From: Monocercomonoides exilis PA203
Lineage: Eukaryota > Protista > Preaxostyla
DNA length: 64,000 bases
NCBI GenBank assembly: GCA_001643675.2
Contig: LSRY02000040.1
Location: 372,001 to 436,000, forward strand
Reading direction: 5' to 3'
Shown here: piece after piece, positions 1 through 13,352 of the stretch
Layout: every line of letters begins with the position of its first letter
How positions within the stretch are numbered: position 1 is the first letter of the stretch
Program-made: the position numbers and the translations under genes
Notes under the pieces: generated by a model
Databases searched by the model: none
What the model was told of the DNA's origin: nothing
Seen by the model: the letters and a program-made list of their open reading frames with translations, nothing else

Positions 1-326
1 ACATGGTGGCGTGCCCTTTGTGAATTCATGCATTCACATGGAGTGAGAATAAAAAGAATGCAAGAATATATCTATTCATTTTTGTTTTTCAGAAATCGAA
101 AAGTGGATTTTTCATTTTGATATCGAATGTAATGAAATGCAGCGATGAATAATGCAAAGCTCTTGAGGTTGAAGCTTTTGGGCCAAAAGAAGAGGAAGAA
201 GAGGCTAAAGCTGAAATGCTACACGAAGAAGAATCTTCAGAATAAGATTATGAACTTGAAACAAATACATCATCGGATGGAGTGGGGGAAAGAGCTGATC
301 CATCTGAATGGGATGCTGATAAATGA
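1..326 (+). pseudogene. 3' end of a degraded acidic-tail gene running in from the window edge
   Basis: Intron-like gtgag...ttttcag (about 43-92), then a Glu-rich frame (KALEVEAFGPKEEEEE...WDADK*) interrupted by TAA stops. Confidence 0.3.
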
Positions 327-1315
327 ATTCCGATTTTTCCACAAATCTTTCTTCTTAAAATTAAAATACAACATGCTCTCAATTATTATTTCTTTGTTTG
401 ACAAAGATTTGAGATGTGGCTTATATGAACCATTTGCAATAATAAATCATTCTATCACAAAAATCTGAAAAAAAAAACGAGTTTCTGAATGTATCTTTTT
501 GTTGTGATTAACCAAAAAAACAAATCTCAAAAAAGAACATTCATTCAATATTTTGTATGTTAAAAAACTCTCAAAGATAAAATTATTATTGTTTTCTGAA
601 TGATGTTGAATACAAATTTGAATAATAATCTTTTTCTTTTGTTATTTTGATATTGTTTTGTTTTCCGAATTATATGTTTTTGTTATTTATAAAATCCTCA
701 ATGAAGTTGGGAATTCTTGATCGAAGTCAGTAAATATGAATAAAGAACGTTTCTTCAAATAAAGGTGTGTTTTATTCGATTAGAATGTAGTAATATTTAA
801 TAGAAATTTTTTATTCAAATTTCATCTAGTTTTTCTTAAATGAAATGGGTTTATTCAAATTAAAAAAAACGATTCACAATTCGTCTAACAACTTGATTTG
901 ATATTCATCTTTCAAAAAAAATTTTCTGTGAGCATAAAGAAAAAAGTGAAAGCAAAATAATAATCCTTTCAATATGTTAAAAAGGAAAAACAAATCACTT
1001 TTTAAAATGAAAATTAATTATTTTTCCCAAAAATTCTGTTTAAATACATCTTGTTTCAAACAAGATTACAAATTATCACAGGTTTGGAGTAAGTGAAAAC
1101 ATGAAACAAATGAGATCGAGCAAAAATTACAGAAAAAACCGTGACACAAATATCTCATGTGAAAAAACAAAAAACTTTATGATGCTTTTCACAGAAAATT
1201 TAAAAGATTAATTCAAACATAATTTCAATAGTACTTTGATGGGTTAACCTTCAATGATAACGGATAAAACAGCTTGTTTTAAAGAATTCACATATTATAC
1301 ATGATGAAGAAACGG

Positions 1316-4300
1316 TTACATCCTGTAGCAAACAGCTTTCTTGCTTAGCAGAATTCCTTTCTGGAGATCAAGTTGATCTTCGCTTAAATCTTCCCAATCC
1401 TGGCTTTCTGAAAAGCAGTTGAGTCCATTTGAAGATTCTTCTTCTTCTTTCTCCTCATTCTCCTCTTCTTTCTTCATCATCTTCTTTTCTTTCACTCTTT
1501 TCAGTGATACAAACTCGCATGTCGATCCAGAATGATACAAATGCACACCCACGCGCACAGAGGGTGGGATGTCTGTAACAAAAAGCGGCTGCTCCAATCC
1601 GTTGATGAACAGTTTAGCTTCTCTTGGCTTTGAAGACAGGTTGATAAGCAGAGAAAGCAATGCACTGTTGTCTGCAGAGATGTTCCCGCTGGTATCTGTA
1701 CCATTGCACCACACAACACCACTAATTGAGCGGAAAAGAAATGTTTGAATATTTTCACATTCAGAACATAATCACAACGGCAAATATTCAAATATTCAAA
1801 TTTGAATGAAAACACATTGGAATATTTGAAAATGAAAAAGGTTGTGTTTGTTATTGAATATCATGAAAGCGTGAAATATATGAAGATATATAGCACGTAA
1901 AGGGACAAATGAAGATGGAAAGCATATAAAAGTTAGAATGATTATTTTGAGCGACAAATGTGTTTTCAGCATTTTTTTTAAAGGAAAACAATTGTAATTG
2001 GAAATATAAATCAAAAGATAATAAATTGAAAAAAATGAATATGTCAAACCTTTTCAGAGCAAACGATATTGCAACTATTGAAATAAATGATAAATTGAAG
2101 TTAAGTTTGCATCATCACAATATTATCAGCAGAAATTTCAATTGAACATTTTGCAGAATTCAGACAAGGAGTAAATACACACAAGAAATTGAATGAAAAT
2201 TCGTAATGGATAAGTTAGAATGAATTAAGTTGTTGAATGTTGTTCCAATCAAAGTCACATCAAAATCAAAGAAAAAAGATTGAATGGCAATAAAACAAAA
2301 AACAGTGAGAAATGAAAGAAATTGAAAAATAAAATTATTAAATGATAATCAAAACAAAAGAAAGAAAACACACGATGGTCAAATCGGATATCTGATCTTG
2401 GAACAACCTTATATTGCGATGGGACAATACATAAATCTGTTGGAAGAGAAATTTTAGGAGAAAATATTTTTATTAGATAATTATAATTTCCAAGAATAAA
2501 TAAGTAAATAAGAAAATAATAAGATAATTAAAAAAAATTAAAAAAAAAAAATAAATAAATAAAAATGATTAAAAATAACGAAAAAATTTCGAAAAATTAA
2601 AAATGAAATAATCAAGTTGAATTGAAAAAAATCAAATAAACAGATAAAAAAACAATCTCCTTCCCTTCTCTCCTTTTTCTGCACACATTTGAGATCTTCA
2701 TGAGATGAATTCGAAGCCACTCTCACGTTCCACCTCCATTTCCCTTCGTCCAGCACCTCCCCCACAAAGCAACTGACATGCCCTGTTTTGAGCACTTTCA
2801 AAGAGAGAGAAGAGAGAGAAAGAGAAGAAGAGAGGGAAGAATGTGCTTCCCAGGAAGGATAGAAGAACTCGTCGCGGAGAGGAAGAGGAGGAGGAGGAAG
2901 AGAGAAGGAGAGCGAACGAAGAGAAAGATGAGAGGAAAAGGATGATGAAAAGGGGGAAGAAGTTGCTATTGATGAAGATGAAGATGAAGAAGAAGAAGAA
3001 GACGTTGATAAATTATTTCTTTTTGTTTGGTTAAAAAGAGGAGTAAATGATGTACATAAAGATGGAATTTGTGTGGAAGAAGAATGTGATGAAGAAGAAG
3101 ACAATGATGAAATACATATTGGAGAAGAAGAAGAAGAAGAAGAAGAAGAAGAAGGGGAAGAAGAAGATGATGATGATGAAATGGGAATAAGTGGATTTCT
3201 CTCAACAGAATCAGCTGAATCAGTTAATTTACAGGAGAAAGGAATAACATCTGAAGAAGAAGAAGAAGAAGAAGAAGAAGATGGTGGTGGTGGTGGTGAT
3301 GATGATGATGAAATTTGAAGAGGAGAATGCATATTTGTTGATACATGGATATTTTTTGAGTGCTGAAGAGGAGAAGATGACGTGTTGCTTCGCGAGCGAT
3401 GAGAAAAAGAAGCAGAACGCGCAGAAATGAACGAGGGAGGAGGAGGAGAAGAGGAGAGGAGAGGAATTGGAGAAGAAGAAGAAGATGATGATGATGAGAA
3501 AGAAGAAGTTGTATCTGTTGATATCAAATTCTGTTTTTCTGTCAAAACACATTTTTTATGAAGTTCTTCGCTTGTATCTAACATGTCAGCATTTTGCTCA
3601 ACAACAACATTTATTCTTCCATCTTCTTCTCTTCCTCTTCCTCTTTCTCTTTCTTCTCCTTCTCTTTCTCCTCCTCCTCCATCTTTTCTTTTTTCTTCTT
3701 CTTCTCTTCCTTCTCCTTCTCTTCCCCCCATCAACATCTTCATCTCCTCCACTTCATATCGCAGTTGATAGTTTTCTCTCCCCATCCCATCCACTTCCGC
3801 TGCCAATCTTCTGTTCTCTTCCCAAAACTTCTTCTTCTCTTCCTCCAATTTCTTGTTTCTCCTCTCTGAATCTCTCAACATCTTCTTCATCTTCATCCAT
3901 TTTATGTCTTTCTCTTCAATAAGCTCAAGAAGGCTTCGACATCCTTCGCACAAAATACGAGAAAAATCACTTTTATGAAGATATAACACACTTTCTTTCA
4001 CTTTTTCTCTCTCTTTTACTCCTTCTTTTTCTCCTTCTTTTTCTTTTTCTTTTTCTCCAGCACTTTCTTTATCTTTATCTTCTTTCTCTTTCTTCAGCAA
4101 TTGAGCATTTTCTTCATCTTTTCTGATTATTTTCTCATTTTCTCTTTCTTTTTCTTTTTCTTTTTCTCTTTCTCTTTCCTTCTTTTCCTTCTTTATCTCT
4201 TCTTTTTCTCGTTTTTCTTCTTCCAATTTGAGTTTCACTATCTTTTTCACTTCTTCAATTGACATCAATTCTTCATTCATTTGTTTCTTTTCTTCAGAAA

Positions 4301-6623
4301 AAGAAGAAGAAGAAGAAGAAGAAGAAGAAGAAGAAGAAATAACATATTTTCTTTCTTTCTTTTTCCCCATTCCATAAGGTTCACAAATACCCTCTTTTTG
4401 TTTCTGTTTAAACTTTTCTTCCTTTTCTTCCTTTTCTTCTTTCTCTTCTTCATTTTTTCGTATTTTTTGTATTTTTCTATTTTTTTGAGCTTCTTCCAGT
4501 CGAAGTGCCATCAATTGGGCAGAAGAAATAAAATTCCTGTTGAACGAAAAAGGAGAAAGAGAAGAAGAAGGCAAAGCTGAAGAAGACGACAGAGAACGAT
4601 TTCTTGTTTGAATGCGAAGGAGATTGGAGGAAGAAGAAAAGGGAGGTTGTGTCTGAAGAGGAGGGGGAGGAAGAGGAGGAACAAGAGAAGAAGAAGAAGA
4701 AGAAGAAGAAGAAGAAGAAGAAGAAGAAGAAGAAGAAGAAGAAGAAGAAGAAGAAGATGATGATGATGATGATGATAATGGCTGTTCGATTGCAAGATTT
4801 TGAGGAGGCAAAGAAAGAGGAGAAGAGAAGGGATTAATCTGAACAGAAGAAAGTGGACGAGTGGAAGAGGAAGAAGAAGAAGAAGAAGAAGATGTTGTTG
4901 TTGTTGTTGTTAATTGAGAAGGAGAAGAAGAAGAAGAAGAAGATGGAGTTGAAGAGGAACATGGAATTTGAGTGTCAACTGTGTTGCTAAGAGAATTTTC
5001 TATTTCTTCAGTTTTGTTTTTCTCATCGGTCAAAAAAGATGTTGATTGAAATTCGATTTCTTCTTTTTTCTCTTCAATTGCATCATCGTCATTGCTTTCT
5101 TCTTCTTCCAATTCATCAAGCGAAGATGACAGTGCCAAAGGGGAAGAAGTCTTAACTGAGCACATTAAGCGATCAACAGGAGTCAATTGCGATGTCACTG
5201 AACAAGAAGAAGAAGAAGAAGAAGAAGAAGAAGAAGAAGAAGAAGAAGAAGAAGAAGAAGAAGAAGAAGAAGAAGAAGAAATAGAAGAAGAGGAGGAAGA
5301 AATGAGAAAATTAGAAGAAGTTTGTGTATCGTTGCAATTCACAAAAGAAGGACATAAAAAAAGATTTTCTGATAATTGTGGTTGTGATTGCGATTGTGAA
5401 GATTCAAATGATTGAGAAGAAATTGATGTGTGAAAAACTGAATTTGAAGCAGATGAAGGAGAAGATGGTTTTTCTGCTAAAAACGATACAACAGATCCAT
5501 CTGAAACGCCTTTTGGTGTATTGGCTTTGGGGTATAATGGAACAGTTATTTCTTGTGAACGAAAATAAGAAGATCGTGGTGGTGGTGGCGTCGGCGGTGG
5601 AGGAGGAGGAGGAGATGATGATGGTGAATGCAAATTTGAAGAGCGCTGCATAGAGCTTTCTGAAAATGATGGGAGAGACGAAGATCGCTCGTGACAAATA
5701 TTTGAATAAGTTCGATTATGGACGTCACATCCAAAAGTATTCAGAGTTGATGAAGGAATTTGCTCATTTGTTCTTAAATTTTTTGAATTTTCAATTGAAA
5801 GATTATATTCAATGCCAAAAGATTTGCAATCATCAGGTAATTCGGAAAACTCGAACTGTTGAGAAGAAAACGATTGAGAACGGAACGGTGATATTTTTGA
5901 GCAACACGTTTTTGATCTACATTGATGATCGCTAAATGTTGATGAGTTCGGTAAATGAATAAATGGATTTGTTTCAGTTGATGTGACAGTGGAACCTTTT
6001 GGACCTATAACAGTTGGAAATTGAGTTAAAAAGCGCGGAGAATCGATTTTGTTAATATTGAATTGTGATTGTGAAAGTGAATCAGACGAACACAAATTTT
6101 CATGTTGATGCGTTAAATTCCTTGTGGAAGTTAAATCAATTGGATAATCTTTGTTAGTAATGTCTCTGAATGTGAATTTTCTATTTTTATTGAATTCTTC
6201 TGTTAATTGCGAAAGTGGATCAAATAACGTGACTTCTTCTAATATGGAATTAAACTTTGAATGTAATTTTCCCCCATTGTTTGGTGCTATTTCTTTTTCC
6301 CTTTGTTCAACAGTTCTTCCACCTTTTATATTTTTTATTGTCATAATATGGTTCATCAATAACAAAAGAGAGAGAATAATTTGAAAAATCTTTGTTTCTT
6401 CTGAAAAAAAATAAAGTGAATGTTTGTTCATTCTTTGTTCCTCCTTTTCATAACTATTTTCGAAATTCAACAAAAATTCAAATGCATTAAATAAACTTAC
6501 CAATTGGAAAATGATCAAAGTGATGAGACAATTTTTAAAATTGAAAAATATACTTTTTCTTTTCCTTGGGTGATGTGGTGATTTCTGATGTGCGTTTTTC
6601 GATTTTTGACGGAGGAAATGCAA
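1316..6623 (-). CDS. Multi-exon Ser-rich/coiled-coil protein with C-terminal SPRY/B30.2-like domain (start uncertain)
   Basis: 1361-codon ORF ending in VSCFVGEVLDEGKWRWNVRV with donor GTGTGC at 2686; 63-nt exon 2436-2374 (YLCIVPSQYKVVPRSDIRFDH) bounded by AG/GT; last exon 1721-1316 (GVVWCNG...LFINGLEQPLFVTDIPPSVRVGV). Phases need at least one more small exon between 1724 and 2372 that I could not place. Confidence 0.65.
4686..4780. repeat. (GAA)n/(GAT)n microsatellite encoding poly-Ser on the minus strand
   Basis: Long pure GAA run followed by GAT repeats. Confidence 0.95.
5206..5300. repeat. (GAA)n microsatellite encoding poly-Ser on the minus strand
   Basis: About 25 uninterrupted GAA units. 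Confidence 0.95.
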
Positions 6624-7229
6624 ATTTTCACTTCACAGGAAATAATCATTGAATCATTAAAGTGATAATTTTCATATTTTCATTTTTTTAAAAACACTGT
6701 TTATTATTTTAAATGGCTTATTTTTTTTTGAAAAGTGACATCAGATCAAAAATCTGACCTATGGAAGTTAAAAAATAATCATTCCGTTTCCATTATTCTC
6801 ATGAAAAACCAAACTTTCACCACAATGTTTGATGGTTCATTGCGGACTTCTTTATAAAAATAAAATTCAAAATTAAAAAAATTTGTTTTTCAAAGAAAAA
6901 GTGTTTCACTTGATTGAACCTTTTTGCAATTATTGACATATGAAATGTCCAAGGTGGGTTTTGATTCTATTTCCTGATAAACTTGATTTTCAATGTTAAA
7001 TATAATTTTCATTTGAATAGAATTTTTCTTTTGCAATATGAACATGAACTTTACAGAAATGCGAAAATTGAACACACATATTCTATGCATCTGAAATTAT
7101 GATAAATTAAGTGGTTTCCATAAAATTTTGACAAAAATATTTTATTTTTTATTTATTATTAAATAATGTTTTTTTAATTGAATCATTAACAGTTGATAAC
7201 CAACATTTGCGTTTTCAATTTCATTGTAG

Positions 7230-7876
7230 ACAAATATCTGAATTCAAGAGCAATATCAGGATATTGAAGCACAAGTTCAGAGAAAGGAGGATCGATAGCG
7301 TTATCAGAAGGTGAAGGAAATAAAGTGAAAGTTAAAGGAGGACATTCCGATGAGTGCCTTTGCTCAGCGACAAATGGTCTTGGGGAAGGAATCTTTCTTC
7401 GATTGATGAAAGAAAATACAAATTTCCTGATCTCCACTTCCTTTGGAACAAATACAGCCAAGTGGGGAAGAGATATCTTCGCCTTATCACCAAATCTGGA
7501 AATGACTGCAAAATCAAAAAAGATCTTGTATGTTACGGCATCGTCAGACACTGCTGACAAGGTGAGAGGATATGAGAATGGAAACAACAGTTTGGCTATC
7601 CCTCTGTGCATCTATCTCTTCAACCCAGAAGAAATCTTTGCGAGCAATTCTGAGGCATCCAATCATTCGCACTGTGGAATAGCTGAATTCCCTTGTTTGA
7701 CGATGAAGCACTCACTCACAAGACAAGCAGGAACAAAGAAAGTGGCTTTGAGTGGAATGATTATAATGAGTGACGAATTGGTTTTTGCTGATCGAAAGCA
7801 TGAAATTCGAAGAAATGTTGAACAAAGTGGTTTGATAGTCTCCGATGCAAGTTTCACATCAAATTTTGAGAGATAA
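7230..7876 (+). pseudogene. Fragment of a beta-helix/polymorphic surface-protein-like gene family
   Basis: ORF 7325-7876 has GRDIF and CGIAEFPCLT motifs that match GNDVF/CGRTQQMPCA (37478-39154) and GHDVY/CGMSESAPCKT (46168-47115). No proper start or end. Confidence 0.6.
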
Positions 7877-8279
7877 TTAAAGCAAATGATAAAAAAGTTT
7901 TATCAAAAATTATCTTCTCTCTTTTATCATTATCATTATTATTATTATTATCTTCTTCTTCTTCTTCTTCTTCTACATCTTCGTCTTTATCATCTCATTC
8001 ATCACCATCGAAATCAAAGCAAACAAAACAATCTTCTTCTGCATCGTATACTTCCCCTTCCTCCAATTTTTTCTCTATCGTTTTTTCTTCTGCTTCTTCT
8101 TCTTCTTCGTCTTCGTCTTCGTCTTCGTCTCATCTATCTTCTTCTTCTATTTCTCCTTCTCCTTCTCCTTCTTTCTTTTCAACAACTTCCTCCTTCACAC
8201 TCACAAGTGGCACTGTTATTGCGACCATGTTCTGAAAAGAAGAATTACCCTTTTTCAGATTATCTTTATCTCCATCTCC

Positions 8280-8671
8280 ACGCTAGCCTGTCACACACAA
8301 ACGTCTGTTTGCTTTTCTGCAAACGTAGATGCCACAAAATAATTAGCTTGTTTAACGCATGAACAGTCTCAAAAAAAAAAACAACTCTCATACACTCAAA
8401 TGCATCGCTACCCGCTTTATTTCTTTGACACCCAAACAGATACAGCGAATAAACCAGGAAGAAATGGTTTTGCACACTTTGAGCATAAAGAAAAGAGCCA
8501 CGCGTTGAAATTTGTTCTCTCGGAGTTCCTTCGTTAACTCTTCTTGCTGGAACGTCGCAACTTGTGTAGTCTCTACCTAATTTACGCACAAAGCAGAATT
8601 AGCAGAAGCGGATTCATATACAGACACAGAAGCACAAGTAGCTGCATCAGAAGAAGAAAAAGAAGAAAAAG

Positions 8672-8703
<32 letters not shown>

Positions 8704-10934
8704 GAGGGGGAAGAGGAAGAGAAAGAAGAAGAAAATAAAGAAAAAGAATAGAAAGAAGAAACAAAGTTATCTAGCACATTCTCTGCTTCCATCTTCAATG
8801 CCATGGGAATTCCAAACGAAACAACCACTGAGAAAGCATCGTCAGTTAAAAATGGTGAACGAAGCATCAATTCCGCATTCCCCTATCGTTTGGACACATC
8901 CGATTGTCTTCTTTGAATAAACAACTCTTTGATATCGAACCTCTTGTCAAACTTTTTGAAAGAATCGGCCTCCGATCCTTCTGCGCCTCTGCCTCCATTC
9001 ACTCACCCAGTCAAGTCAGCTGTGTATACGCATCAGACGCCCCATCAAACACACCCTCAAATGCATGCACTAAAAGCATCTCTGAACGATTGCTCGGCAT
9101 CTCCTTTTCATAACCTGCTTCAACTCCTTCTCTGCTCTGCCGTGCATCTTCAATTCCCTTCTCCGATATGAATTTCACCTTCACCGAATCATCTGTACTC
9201 CATCACAACAGACGCTGTCACTCCACAGCACAGTAGCCGCGATTTCATTACAATGTGCTCATTCGCAAGGTGGATCAGCTTATCCTGGCTGATAAAGATA
9301 CCACACACAAACTCGTACTCCTCTGCTTTGCGCTGGAACTATTCAACAAGGCCGTTAAACATAACCGCCAAGTCTTCCACAATCGCCTGCTTCATCCCTG
9401 CTTCACTCTATGTCCCATGCTGCATGAGTATCTCGCACAGCCTTAGAGTCAGATTTCTCTTCGGCTTTGTTCCTCAGCTGTATCTCCATCATTTCACCTG
9501 CATCTTAGCACAGCTTCATGACAGCGGCATGTTCAGCTAACTCAGCACATCAAAAGTCTACACGTCTGCAATGCGCGCACTCATCATTCGCTGATTGGTC
9601 AAGGTACTGCTCATCAGCGCTCGACCAGACAGAACAACTTCGTCGCTCCGTTCTTCAAAGTGTACTCAATCATTCCTCCCTTTTCCTCCCTCTTCCTCCT
9701 CTTCTTTCTCTTCTTCTTCTTATCATTCCTCATAAATCAAACGGCTTTCCCCACCTTTCTTCATGGGATATATCTTATTCCTCAATTATTGTCAAATGAT
9801 CAACTGATATTTCAACCTGTTCCAAACACTTCCTTCACTTCCATCTGAAATTGCTCCAAAAGACATATCTGTTGCTTCTTCTTCTGATGCTCTTCTGTTC
9901 TCCTGTTGAATGCCATCAGATGGAGAAGAACTGCACACTTCAGATTTCATTGGATGCTGCTTGCTTACACACACCTCAGTATCAGCCTTCACAAACCTCA
10001 ACCTACTCAGCCCAAGCGTCTCCACATTCAACTGCGCCATCACTTCTTCCGGCTTCCCCTGGTTCTTTTTGACTCTCTCCACAAACTCTCTGTGCGCTGC
10101 CGGATACCCGCCTTTCACTTCATTCACATCACCTTCCTCTGCCTCTTCCCGCTCCTCCAGCACCACCAGCACAATCTCCTCAGGCAACAGAACCACATCC
10201 TCCATCCTCAGCCCCGCTGCCGACAGCCCCTTCTCCACAATCTCCCCCACTTCACGCGCTGCAACCCCTCACGCCATCACTTCATAAACCAGTTCACCAC
10301 CAAATATTTCAACTGAGAAGATTACGATACCTGCCCCAACGGGTGAAACAGATCGTTGATAACTGTTACTCATTCACATCTTCAACCGATATGATCCGCT
10401 TGCTCCCAGACTTCTTTCTCACAGACACTGCTTGCGAAGGAAGCGACGTAAACAGCGCGACCAGCGGAACAGAAAGCATTGCCGAAAGCGCCACATCGTA
10501 GAAACACACAACACTCCCATGCAGCACAGCCCGCCGCGCCACAACATATCCCTTGAAGCGTCTGCAGCACCCGCGGCGATAGCAGCAGCTGCAGCGACAG
10601 CGGCATGTGCCGCCCATACACCCCAGCCGCCTCTGGCACCACAATCCGCAGCCACCTCTCGATATCGTCCATCACTCAGGTCGATGTGTATGACGCTGCC
10701 ACAGCCGACGCATCTGAAGGGTCAATCGCAGGTGCTGAAGAAGAAGAAGATAGCTTATCATCTCCTGTCACTTTCTTCTCTTCGCTTCTCCGCCTCTGGA
10801 ATGGAGAAGCAGACTGGCGTCCTTATCCAATTGAAAAAGATGAGGAAGACGAAGGTGCAATTCGAAGTCATAATTGCAGCAATGCATTAAAAACACAAGT
10901 CTTGATTCAGTTTCCAAAGAAGAAAGTGTTATAA
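8280..10934 (+). pseudogene. Degraded host-gene fragment(s), unidentified
   Basis: GC-richer coding-like sequence broken into short frameshifted ORFs, ending ...WNGEADWRPYPIE...KKKVL*. Confidence 0.45.
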
Positions 10935-11749
10935 GGTGAAAAAACAAATTGTTAACATACAATGAAGAACTGAACACATTTTATTTTTGAATTGTATTGA
11001 AATAAAATGTGATAGCTGAGGAATGAAAAGATTTAAAAGAAAACGAAAGAATCAAAGAACACTATTCATTATTAAACAATAAAAATGTAAAACATGTTTT
11101 TTTTTTTTGAACTTTTCATGATTACGCTTTTCTGTGTTTAATTTGTAGAAATGCCTCTTTATTTTATTAAAACATTTATTTGTTCTTAATGAGAACAACT
11201 GTTTGAATGGTTTTCTATTGTTGTGCATTTTGTTTTGATGTATTTCTGCTTTTTATCACTTTCTAAAAAAATAATATTGGAAGATAGATATTTATATCTA
11301 ATTTACTAATAGCAAAAAGAAATGTTAAAATATTGCTATTTCTCAAAATATAAAGACGTGAATTGAAACGAATGAAATGAAAACGAAGAAATATTAACAC
11401 ATTATTTATTTAATTTTAATATCTCGAAAGCAGTAGATTACAGAAGTGTATTCTATTAAATAATAAGTTTTCTATATGTTATCATCAAATTTATGAAACG
11501 TTTCTCAGTGATAAGGGTAATATATAGCAATAGATAATATTATTTAAACAATAATGGGAACGGAATGATCAACATTTTTTGATCATTTTAGATCTCTTTT
11601 TCAGATCAGTTAAACGATTGCGACTTTTCAAAAAGAATGACTCATATATCAAACAACAATGGTGACAGAATGATCAAAATATTCTGATTGTTAGTGGTCT
11701 TTTGTGAAGACAAAATTAAAGGCATAGAAGTTTTCAAAAAAAAAAAAGA

Positions 11750-13100
11750 CTTGTCGTTGATTGGGCATATTTCGTGTCTCCTCTTCCATTAATATTGCTA
11801 GGCTCTTGTTGCTTCTCTCTCTGTTCGTGTGCAAATATTTCTTGATTTCTTGACAGTTGCAGGGGAACATGATCGCATCGATTCCTCTTCCTGATCCATG
11901 CAAATATTTTCCTTATTATGCAGTTTATCTTCAACTTCTTTGACTTCTTCATTTTCCTTATTGATATCCATCTCCTCTCCAACGGTCCGCGATGATTGCG
12001 ACTCTTCGATGTACACGTCAATGCTCTGTTCTGTGAGAGAGGGAAGCAGTTGTGTTGGAATGGAACAATTTGTCTGAAAAGATAGTTGCGGGGAATTGAA
12101 AGTTTGTGGTTGCGCCAGCGATAATCCAATTGAGTTTGAAGATTGCAGGCTTTGAAAATACTGAAAGGAAGGCTGAAGATTAAAGATCTGAGGTTGTTGT
12201 TGAGTTGGCACGATGATATTATGTTGAACAGGAGATATGTCAATTGCAGATTGGCTCAACGTCTGGATGTTTGCGGAAGCAGATCCTTGAGCTATTTGTG
12301 CACTCCAAGGTTGTATTTGAGATCCTGTTTGTGGGAATGGTTGGTGTACTGTCAGAACCTGGGCCATCACTTGAGCAGTGTTTGTTTTGAAGAAAGAATC
12401 AGTTGGTGTGTGAGCTGTGGGTGACAATCTTGCAAAGTTTGTAACCATTACCTCCGGAACTCCACCGCAACGAGAGCAGACAAAGCCGCATGCTTTATAG
12501 TGTAAGGCCGAAACGAGGGGTTGATTCCTGCCTGCTTCATTGCCTCCTTTGCGAGTTTACGAATTCCATCCTTGGACATTTTTGATCAGGTTCTCGTGTT
12601 TATTATGAACGTGTATCTTCCTGGATACAAAACTTTAATTTTGTTCCAAAGTTCCAATGTTGCACGCACTGGGTATATATTTGACAGGATCTCCATCAGT
12701 TTGGGGACTGTGATGAACGATCTTGCGAGTCTTGTTTTCAATTGGACTGAAAGATGAATTACATTCTCAGAGATTATCGAATCGTTTATTGAAATGCTCG
12801 CTTGTTCTGAAAACCTGCATGCAGTGAATAACATACACAGAGTTATAGATTTCAATGTCAGAGAGTTCCCGCTCAAAGTCCCGTTTGAGCACAGAGTTCG
12901 GAGATAATTGAAAAGGACCTGTGGATCCCAAATTTCCTCGTACGGAACTCTTTTCTTTTCTTTTCTCATGATAAAGCGAAAGAATGTCTTTATTTTTGGC
13001 TCTGTTCCTAAATCGAAAGAGAAAGCACTTCTAGTGAATTGCTACACTGTAGTCCTTGTTTGCTTTAAGCACTGAGAGTGATAATCTTTATTGTCACTTC
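11750..13100 (-). mobile_element. DIRS retrotransposon fragment (tyrosine recombinase 3' part), near-identical inverted copy of about 33500-34855
   Basis: ORFs 12586-12969 and 11798-12448 match 33565-34026 and 34164-34916 almost residue for residue (ACRFSE, KT, YTIKHA). Confidence 0.92.
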
Positions 13101-13352
13101 AAACGAAAGTCTTCAAGTGTTTTCTTTCCCAAATCAATGAATCTGATGGTTATTCTTTCAAATCCTTTTTGATCGAAGTTTTTGCGTATTAAAAAATCCA
13201 AATACATTTATTGTTAATAAAAAATTTGCAACAGCATACTTTATATGTGGGAAAATATTAGACTTCGAACTTTTTCATTGGAAATAATGCTCTTTTAATA
13301 AGCTTTTTATGATCAATAAATCGAAATTAATTACAACCATTTTCAGAAACTA

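Noticed and set aside
2843-5935. Plus-strand poly-Glu/Lys/Arg ORFs
   Set aside because: They are antisense shadows of the poly-Ser minus-strand ORF.
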